Positions 10,901 to 16,993 of a stretch of DNA of 64,000 nt are shown here, in pieces. Position numbers and translations under genes: made by a program. A model generated the notes under the pieces. It made no database searches and was not told where the DNA came from. It saw only the letters and a program-made list of their open reading frames with translations. Origin of the DNA: Gemmatimonadaceae bacterium (GTDB lineage: Bacteria > Gemmatimonadota > Gemmatimonadetes > Gemmatimonadales > Gemmatimonadaceae); assembly GCA_040901985.1 (NCBI GenBank), contig JBBDYC010000006.1, forward strand, positions 29,572 to 93,571, in the 5' to 3' direction. Position 1 is the first letter of the stretch. The number at the start of each line of letters is the position of its first letter.

Positions 10901-11089
10901 GACCACCGGCTCGACGCCGCCGTTGTTGATGTTGACGCGGATCTGGGGGTAGACGATCCGCGGCAGCAGGTCCACCGGGAGACGTCCGACATACACGGCA
11001 CCGAGCACGAGGAGCGTGCTCGTGAGCATGATCGTGCCGATCGGCCGGCTGATCGCCCAACTGGAGATTCCGCGGCGCGGCGTGCTCAT
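7913..11089 (-). CDS. RND efflux transporter permease subunit
   Basis: 1058 aa; LNIMSLGGL, LDNAIVMLENI and ARIRPIMMT. Confidence 0.95.
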   Translation of the reverse strand: MSTPRRGISSWAISRPIGTIMLTSTLLVLGAVYVGRLPVDLLPRIVYPQIRVNINNGGVEPVVLEETIAKPLEAALSTVENLERLNTNINEGSVSITLDFAYGTNIDIALQNAATNVERVRSRLPTEASAPTISKSDPSQMQIFQIAFSSSTRDLVSLRQWLDQRLRPQLLSVEGVASVDISGGLIREIQVELDPERLRGFGITVQDVLGSLAGENQNIAGGRVIAPDREIVSRTTGRFTRLDDIRGVLLQSAGGARIPLRDVAVVRDTAQDQRFWARLNGTPAVRIGIQKQPEANTVDVVDRVRAEIARLGSSSYIPADIRYEVTFDQSGFIRDALSSVRNSALIGAFLAMIVVLIFLRSIRKTFIIAVSIPLAILATFVMMGFSGLTLNIMSLGGLALGTGLLLDNAIVMLENIYRRREKDGLDPEEGAHAGAAEVATAVVAATSTNLASVAPFLLIVGLAALIFRELILTISFAILASLPLALTLVPMLAAQLGKVRFTSGLERSRPLVAFDRWFERLTARYRNGAAWAVRNKTVVFVTVLLVAAGLASQMKRIPTEFLPQVDDGSVGAFIRLPPGATPAQSNRLTHEVEAMVRTMPHVRTVFATAGGFLFGGTSAANAGRGSLDILLTPASERSMTADAWVRTLQDSINARGFAGARIGVRPPRIRGLRTSSSGEDVSIAIVGDELPVLQEIGQALSRRLQGIPGLENFQNPQDEGSPLLSIELDRERARARGLNVAQVGQTVRTALDGTIATRYAEGNFEYDVRVFFPRNRYNSVADLSDIPLFPGRGAGPVRLGDVATVRMALGPTGINRVNQNRQIQINGDVITDVATVGSVTDSIRARLIGFEVPDGYGVIVGGEQEAIDESNRQLLLVIALAVFLVFVVLAVQYESLLNPLVILTSIPLGMMGVVAILLITGTPFSAPVILGMVLLAGIVVNNSILLVQFAENFRREPGTDIVEAILAAGTARIRPIMMTTITSLVGTLPLALGLGDGGELMRPLAIAVAGGLIGSTAFTLFVVPCAYLIVHAIGDRVQAFLFTRRDAVPVTTGSRVPQ

Positions 11090-12234
11090 GGACGGGCTCC
11101 GGCATCCGGGGCAGGGGCGGCGACCGGTCGCGCGGCGTTCGGCAACTCGGGGGCCAACGGCTGGACGATGCGAACGGCGGCGCCGTCGCGAATCAGCGCA
11201 TTCCCCGCGGTCACGACGGAGTCGCCAAAGACGACGCCCTCGAAGATCTCGGTGCGGCCGTCGAGGTCGTTGCCGGCGCGGACGCGCCGGCGCTCGGCGC
11301 GACCATCGCGGATGAGATAGACGCTCTGGGCTCCGGCGGCTCCGACGACCGCGCGCGTCGGCACCACGAGTGCGCCCTCGCGTTCATCGAGCTGGAGGGT
11401 CACGCGAACGGTGTAACCCGGCCGCAGTCCGCTGGCCGCGCCACCGACGACGGCAACCTCGACCGGCACGAGCCGGTTGGCGCTGTCGGCGGCGGGAAAG
11501 ATGCGCCGGATCCGGCCGGGAATCGTCGTCCCCAGGGCGTCCACGGTGACGCGAACGTCGGAGCCCTCGCGGAGCAGTGGCACCTCGAGTTCGGACACCG
11601 GGAGTTGCGCCACGAGGGTGCTGGCGTCGGCGACCGTGAAGAGCCGCGTCTGTCCGCCGACGATGTCGCCGGTCTGGACAAAGCGCTGTGTGACGACCCC
11701 GTCAATCGGCGCGGTGATCCTGGTGAACCCCAGCCGGGTCTGGAGCTGGGCGAGGGATGCCTCGGCCAAGGCCAACGCCGCCTGGTCGCGCTCATACTCG
11801 GCGGCGGTCACAAACTTCTGGTCGAACATCGTGCTGGAGCGTTCGGCGATGCTGCGGGCCAAGGCAACGCTCGCCTCGCCGGCGCGCACCTGGGCCCGGA
11901 GCTCCCTGGAGTCGAGCTCGGCCAAGAGGTCGCCGCGGCGCACCCGGGATCCCTCCTCGACCGTCACCGAGAGCAGTGCCCCGGGTGTCTGCGACGTCAC
12001 GCCGACCACGCGGATCGGCGCCAACTGGCCGGCCACGACGCTCGTGCGCGAAATGCGGCTCCGCTCGACGGTGGCGATCTCGACCGGGGTGATCTGGCCG
12101 GCACCCCCAGGGCCATCGGGTCGGGCGCTGCCGTTCGCGGCCGCCGTGTCGGCGTCGCAGCCGGCAAGCAGGACCACGAGGAAGGGAAGGCCTACGGCGG
12201 TGACCGCCGCGCGAGTATGATGGAACAGGCGCAT
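11086..12234 (-). CDS. RND periplasmic adaptor (MFP), probable lipoprotein
   Basis: Lipobox LLAGC, ITAPIDGVV and hairpin/lipoyl halves; start placed at ATG 12234 (MRLFHH). Confidence 0.9.
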   Translation of the reverse strand: MRLFHHTRAAVTAVGLPFLVVLLAGCDADTAAANGSARPDGPGGAGQITPVEIATVERSRISRTSVVAGQLAPIRVVGVTSQTPGALLSVTVEEGSRVRRGDLLAELDSRELRAQVRAGEASVALARSIAERSSTMFDQKFVTAAEYERDQAALALAEASLAQLQTRLGFTRITAPIDGVVTQRFVQTGDIVGGQTRLFTVADASTLVAQLPVSELEVPLLREGSDVRVTVDALGTTIPGRIRRIFPAADSANRLVPVEVAVVGGAASGLRPGYTVRVTLQLDEREGALVVPTRAVVGAAGAQSVYLIRDGRAERRRVRAGNDLDGRTEIFEGVVFGDSVVTAGNALIRDGAAVRIVQPLAPELPNAARPVAAPAPDAGARP

Positions 12235-12339
12235 AGCCGGACTGGTCGGAAGCAATGATTGTGAAGGACGGAGTCTGTCGTAGAGATACGTATGCCGAGG
12301 GCGAATCGTTCGGACGAGCGCATTAGATTTGAGGGTCTC

Positions 12340-12413
12340 GCCCCCGTAGCTCAGGTGGATAGAGCGACGGTTTCCTAAACCGCAGGCCGGCGGTTCGAGT
12401 CCGCCCGGGGGCA
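12340..12413 (+). tRNA. tRNA-Arg (anticodon CCT)
   Basis: Acceptor GCCCCCG/CGGGGGC, D-arm AGCTCAGGTGGATAGAGC, anticodon loop TTCCTAA and T-arm GGCGG-TTCGAGT-CCGCC; CCA not encoded. Confidence 0.95.
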
Positions 12414-12491
12414 CTTCGAACGCCACGCGGGTGCACCGCTGGCGCGGGGGAGGTTACGTTTCGCCCTCACCCTCTCATACACACGAACGCC

Positions 12492-13148
12492 ATGACCAAG
12501 ACGGGAGCCGCCGCCCGAGCGCAGTTCACGCCCGACGATGATGAGTCCCTCGTCGAGTTCTTCGTTCGCTACCAGCGCCCAATCGTGATTGGAGTGCTCG
12601 CCGTGTCGCTTGGCCTGGGCGGATGGTGGATGGCGAAGCGGTCGTCTGAGATCCGGGAGACGAAGGCCGGCGAGGCACTCCTGGCGGGTGAGTCGGCGTA
12701 CTCGATGGGGAACGCGCCGCTCGCGCAGGTCGAGTTCGATAAGGTGATGACTCGCTACGCAGGGACGTCCGCCGGTGCCCAGGCCGCCCTGCTGTCGGCC
12801 CAGATCTATTTTGAGGACGGGAAGCTGGACGAGGGCATCGCGCGGCTCGAGACCGCCTTGGTCAAGGCGCCGAGGCACCTCAGGGCTGGCGTGATCGGGT
12901 TGCTCGGCTCGGGCAAGGCGGCTGCAGGGAAGCCTGCCGAGGCGGCAGCCGAGTTTGAACGGGCGGCGGCGGTGGCCCAGTTCCGTCAGGAGCGCGAGCA
13001 GTTCCAGATGGAGGCCGCCCGGCTGTACGCCTTGGCGGGCAACATTTCGGCCGCGAGGGCGCTTTATGAAGCGATTGCGGCTACTGAAGACTCCGGACAC
13101 GCCGGTGAAGCGCGCTTAAGGCTCGGGGAGCTAACGTCCCGCACGTAG
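12492..13148 (+). CDS. membrane-anchored TPR protein (YfgM-like)
   Basis: N-terminal TM helix after EFFVRYQR, followed by Ala-rich TPR-like helices. Confidence 0.75.
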   Translation: MTKTGAAARAQFTPDDDESLVEFFVRYQRPIVIGVLAVSLGLGGWWMAKRSSEIRETKAGEALLAGESAYSMGNAPLAQVEFDKVMTRYAGTSAGAQAALLSAQIYFEDGKLDEGIARLETALVKAPRHLRAGVIGLLGSGKAAAGKPAEAAAEFERAAAVAQFRQEREQFQMEAARLYALAGNISAARALYEAIAATEDSGHAGEARLRLGELTSRT

Positions 13149-13285
13149 GCACCTCACGTGGTGCTTGAGCGCTCACGGGCCCGGCAACCGACGCTGGGCC
13201 CGTTTGGTATTGCTAGGGGAGTGTGGTGGTGGCCCGATGCTGATTCAGAAGCGACGCTGGACCGGCCATCCCCCGCGAGTCGATA

Positions 13286-13313
13286 ACTACAGATAATATG
13301 TATTATGTACACT
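13286..13313 (+). other. dif: dif site (XerC/XerD chromosome dimer resolution site), putative
   Basis: ACTACAGATAA-TATGTA-TTATGTACACT has the 11-6-11 layout; right arm is close to the XerD consensus TTATGT(A/T)AA; sits in an AT-rich gap between convergent genes. Confidence 0.85.
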
Positions 13314-13342
13314 ACAGATGGGGATAAACAGGGCTTTCTCAC

Positions 13343-14152
13343 TTAGAGCTCGCGGAGCTCCGCCTCGAAGACAATCCGCGCCTCCCCGGCGAGCGTCGGG
13401 ACCGTTCCTGCCGGGGTTTCCCTGAGCCGAACCGACAGGACCCGGCCAGACCGTGTGATCAGGTCGGTGGCGTCCCCGGAGCGACCCCAGGCCTTGAGCA
13501 GCGCCGCACAGGCCACGGCGCCAGTCCCGCACGCCAGCGTCTCGGCCTCGACCCCGCGCTCGAAGGTCCGCATTCGCCAGCGTCCGCCGTCCGCCGGGGA
13601 CACCCAGTTCACGTTGGCCCCCTCCCTCAGGCTCGAGTGAAATCGCAGCTCCGGGCCCCTGTCGGCCAAGAGGACCGATGCCGCGTCGTCTGAGCGAATC
13701 ACGAGGTGTGGCACCCCCGCCTCGACGAAGCCCAGCTCGTGTTCGCCCGGCTGCTTCGAGATCCCGGCATCAGCGCGGAGCCCCTGCAGCGGCTGCAGGT
13801 CCACCTCTGGCCGACCGTCCACGATCCGACCTTTCAGGACGCCGGCACCCGTGCCGAACGACACGTGGTCGGACTTTGCCAGGCCGAGTTCGACACCGAG
13901 CCGGACTGCACAGAGCGAAGCGTTGCCGCAAAGCTCTCCGACGCTACCGTCTCGGTTGAGATAAGCAAGGCTAAAGTCTTGTGCTGGAGACACTTGGAGA
14001 ACTGCAACACCATCCGCCCCGACGCCAGTGTGTGCGGCGCACAACTGTCGGACGAAGGCCGGGACGACCGCCTGCCGTCCCGCTGACGGGTCGGCGATGC
14101 CGTTCACGAAGACAAAGTCGTTCCCGGACCCACTCATCTTCCAGAACTTCAT
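13343..14152 (-). CDS. dapF: diaminopimelate epimerase
   Basis: MKFWKMSGSGNDF, GVGADG, LCGNA and FERGVEAETLACGTGA; start at ATG 14152. Confidence 0.95.
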   Translation of the reverse strand: MKFWKMSGSGNDFVFVNGIADPSAGRQAVVPAFVRQLCAAHTGVGADGVAVLQVSPAQDFSLAYLNRDGSVGELCGNASLCAVRLGVELGLAKSDHVSFGTGAGVLKGRIVDGRPEVDLQPLQGLRADAGISKQPGEHELGFVEAGVPHLVIRSDDAASVLLADRGPELRFHSSLREGANVNWVSPADGGRWRMRTFERGVEAETLACGTGAVACAALLKAWGRSGDATDLITRSGRVLSVRLRETPAGTVPTLAGEARIVFEAELREL

Positions 14153-14874
14153 AGGCGCCCCGTGAGCGTCCACCAGCGCAGCCGCCAGACCATCAGCACT
14201 GCCTCGCGGATGATGTGCCCCGACATCTTGCTCTCCCCTTCTGTCCGGTCCGCGAAGACAATCGGGATTTCGACCGCCTTGAATCCCTTCCGCATCGCGC
14301 GGAACGACATCTCGATCTGAAAGGCGTACCCGTTGGACCGCACTTCGTCGAGGTTGATGGCCTCGAGGACGCGCCGGTGAAAGCACTTGAAGCCGCCGGT
14401 GGCGTCCCAGAGCCGCATCCCGGTGACCCAACGGGCGTAGATGTTGGCGCCGTAGCTCAAAATCAGTCGCGACATCGGCCAGTTGACGATGGTCACCTTG
14501 CCATCGAGGTAGCGTGACCCGAGGACGAAGTCGCCCGACTCGGCGGCGGTGAGGAATTGCGTCAGGTGCGCCGGATCGTGGCTGAAATCGGCGTCCATCT
14601 CGAAGATCAGTTCATAGTCTCGGGCGAGTGCCCAGCGGAACCCGTCGCGGTACGCCGTGCCGAGGCCGAGTTTGCCGGGGCGGCGCATCAGGTGCGCGCG
14701 GGGTTCGGTCCGCACGAAGGCCTCCACGAGGTCGCCCGTGCCGTCGGGCGAGTTGTCGTCCACGACGAGCACGTCGAGGCGCGGGTCGGCGTCGAGGATC
14801 GCGTGGAGGATCGTGGGGACGTTGGTCCCCTCGTTATAGGTCGGAACGACGACGAGGGCTCTGGACGGCGACAC
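14149..14874 (-). CDS. polyprenol-monophospho-sugar (mannose) synthase, GT2 (Ppm1/DPM1-like)
   Basis: VVVPTYNE, VDDNSPDGT, EMDADFSH, GYAFQIE and GESKMS. Confidence 0.9.
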   Translation of the reverse strand: MSPSRALVVVPTYNEGTNVPTILHAILDADPRLDVLVVDDNSPDGTGDLVEAFVRTEPRAHLMRRPGKLGLGTAYRDGFRWALARDYELIFEMDADFSHDPAHLTQFLTAAESGDFVLGSRYLDGKVTIVNWPMSRLILSYGANIYARWVTGMRLWDATGGFKCFHRRVLEAINLDEVRSNGYAFQIEMSFRAMRKGFKAVEIPIVFADRTEGESKMSGHIIREAVLMVWRLRWWTLTGRL

Positions 14875-14916
14875 GGAGTCGGGGCTGGATGATTCGCGCG
14901 GGACGACGTTGCTGGT

Positions 14917-15999
14917 TCAGGCCACAGCGGATGATGGCCCCGCGACCAGCCGCCGCGCTACCTCCGCCGCCTGACGGAACTCCACGATTGCGCCCGCCCG
15001 ATCGCAGGCGGCGAGGATGGCGGAGAGGTTCGCTCGGACACTGGGGAGGTCGTACAGACGGCTGCGGTTGGGGATGAGCTCGTCGGGATGGAAATATGTC
15101 GCGAACACCAGCGGCTCGGCACTCTCGTGGCGCAGTTCCCGGACGAGTGCCGTGATCAGCGGCGCGAAGAGCCGCGGTTTGGCGGTGAGGTTGACCCAAA
15201 ACGTCGGTCGGCGCAGCGCGTCGCCGAGCGGTGCCATCGAACGGGTCTTGCGGGCGAGCTGGAGGCCGCTGACAACCCCCCATCCCGGTGCGCTGGCGAC
15301 GAAGATTGGCAGCTCGAGGAGTCGGAGGCGCGCTTCCCCGCCCCGCGCGCGCCGCTGGTGGTCGGCGACGGACGGAAAGTAGGGCAGTCGCGGTGCGTTG
15401 TGCCAGTCGAAGAGGTTCTCGCTCCGCGGCGGCGGCGCGCCGTGATACGTGCGGAGTCCCGGGAGCGACGAGAAGTCCACGACGACGCCGAGCGCATCGA
15501 GCGCGCGGATGGTCTGGCCGTTGTGGTAGTTCCAGCCCATCCGCACGCTCTCAATCGGTTCGGCCAAGGCCGCCGAGAGCGCGGCGTGGGCGCCTCGGAG
15601 CATCTCGAGTTGCCACGCGGTGTCCTCGACCTCCTGATACCAGGTGTGCGCAACGGGATCGAGACGCCAGAAATGCGGGTGCCAGCCGAGTTCGTCGCCG
15701 CCCAGCGCGAGGTCGCGGTGGAGCGCGGCGTGGGCGCCGAACGCCCCCGCGTAGTCCCCCAGGAGCGCACGCACCTGCTCGTCGGCGCGGATGAGCCAGG
15801 TGAAGACCGGCGCGCGCCCGCCGGCATCGCGGAGGTCGGCCACCGAGGCCTTGAGCGCCGGGATCCCCTCGGTGATTCCGCGCCAGGCAAGCCGATCGGG
15901 CGGCAGTGGCCCGACGAGGGTTTCACGGTCAGGGTCCGAGTCGCAGCCGATCACCACCTCGACGGTGCGCCCCGGGCCGGCGCGGTCACCAGAGATCAT
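14917..15999 (-). CDS. hypothetical protein, polysaccharide-deacetylase-like fold
   Basis: IGCDSD, ELGWHPH, SVRMGW and YFHPDEL resemble CE4/NodB-like motifs; start uncertain. Confidence 0.55.
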   Translation of the reverse strand: MISGDRAGPGRTVEVVIGCDSDPDRETLVGPLPPDRLAWRGITEGIPALKASVADLRDAGGRAPVFTWLIRADEQVRALLGDYAGAFGAHAALHRDLALGGDELGWHPHFWRLDPVAHTWYQEVEDTAWQLEMLRGAHAALSAALAEPIESVRMGWNYHNGQTIRALDALGVVVDFSSLPGLRTYHGAPPPRSENLFDWHNAPRLPYFPSVADHQRRARGGEARLRLLELPIFVASAPGWGVVSGLQLARKTRSMAPLGDALRRPTFWVNLTAKPRLFAPLITALVRELRHESAEPLVFATYFHPDELIPNRSRLYDLPSVRANLSAILAACDRAGAIVEFRQAAEVARRLVAGPSSAVA

Positions 16000-16993
16000 C
16001 GAGGTCGGAATCGAAGAACGAGACGCGCATCCGTCCCGGCACGGCCGCCGCGACGACCACGGGATACGGCCGGGCCACGAAAAGGCCTGCCGACCGGAAC
16101 GCCGCCGCGTCGGCCGTACCGCTGAGCGCGACGATCCCGTACGTGCCTCGCGCGTCGGTGGCGGCAAACCGGGTGACCTCGGTAAGCAGGTCCCGCTGTG
16201 TCAGTTCGGCGCCGACCACGTCGCACACCTTCACGAGATCGAGGTCACGCGTAATGTGTCGGGCGCGGCGGAATACGATGTAGCCGTCTACCGTTCCCGC
16301 CGCATTTCGATGGATGAACGCGCGATAGGTCCGGTTCGGCTGCGCAAGCTTGTAGTTCAGGAAGTCGGCGTCGCGCTTGCCGTACAGCTCGTAGCGCGCG
16401 CGGAGCAAGGCATCCCAGGTCCGGTCCCAGGCCCCATCGAAGCTGGCGATTGCCTCGTTCTGTCCGTGCCGGGCCGCGGTGGCGGGCCGAAAGATGGCGT
16501 TGCCCGCGAGCAATGCCGGTGCGATCCAGGTCGGCTTGCTCCAGTAGGCGAGCGCCTTTGCCGGCTCGAAGAAGCGCGCGTAGTACCGGTTGTTCGCACG
16601 GGAGAGCTGGTGTCCGCGCCGCAGGTACGCTGGCTCAATCGCTGGAACCACTCCGACGGCGGCGTAGTGGAGCCCGGGCGCGTCCTCGCACGCCTTGAGG
16701 AGTTGCCGGCCGGCTGCCTTGCGCGTGGCGTCGTCCGACACGTCGAGCACGAGCGTGATGCCCCAGCCGATGCGGACGGGAGGCCGGCCATCGGCGTAGC
16801 GGAACTCGTGCGCCACCTGCGCGATGTGGCCGACCACTCGCCCATCGGCGAGCGCCAGGTACCGCGTGCAACGCTGCCACTCATAGAGCGACCGTTCGGC
16901 GAGTTCCGGGTGGTCGGGACTCCAGCGCCGCATCATCGCGAGCGTTTCGTCGAGATGGTGCGCCTCCAACCGGACGACCTGCACCTCACTCAC
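15986..16993 (-). CDS. GNAT-fold acyltransferase-like protein
   Basis: YLALADGRVVGH, a motif-A-like TRKAAGRQLL, and a second half with RDADFLNYK...DGYIVFR. Confidence 0.6.
   Translation of the reverse strand: MSEVQVVRLEAHHLDETLAMMRRWSPDHPELAERSLYEWQRCTRYLALADGRVVGHIAQVAHEFRYADGRPPVRIGWGITLVLDVSDDATRKAAGRQLLKACEDAPGLHYAAVGVVPAIEPAYLRRGHQLSRANNRYYARFFEPAKALAYWSKPTWIAPALLAGNAIFRPATAARHGQNEAIASFDGAWDRTWDALLRARYELYGKRDADFLNYKLAQPNRTYRAFIHRNAAGTVDGYIVFRRARHITRDLDLVKVCDVVGAELTQRDLLTEVTRFAATDARGTYGIVALSGTADAAAFRSAGLFVARPYPVVVAAAVPGRMRVSFFDSDLDDLW

Noticed and set aside
7916..11320. 1134-aa + strand ORF, and similar long antisense ORFs (17107-19626, 28665-30422, 51666-54290, 54620-56569, 59742-61919)
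   Set aside because: They lie antisense to clearly recognisable genes and have no motifs; they are shadow ORFs expected from high-GC codon bias
13149..13285. Possible sRNA or terminator (GCACC-N6-GGTGC hairpin, TGAGCGCTCA palindrome) and small ORF 13154-13342
   Set aside because: Stems are short with no U-tract or recognisable RNA family; the ORF crosses dif and has no coding signature
12340..13340. tRNA-Arg as an integration site for a genomic island
   Set aside because: I saw no duplicate of the tRNA 3' end and no adjacent integrase; the downstream gene looks like a core TPR protein
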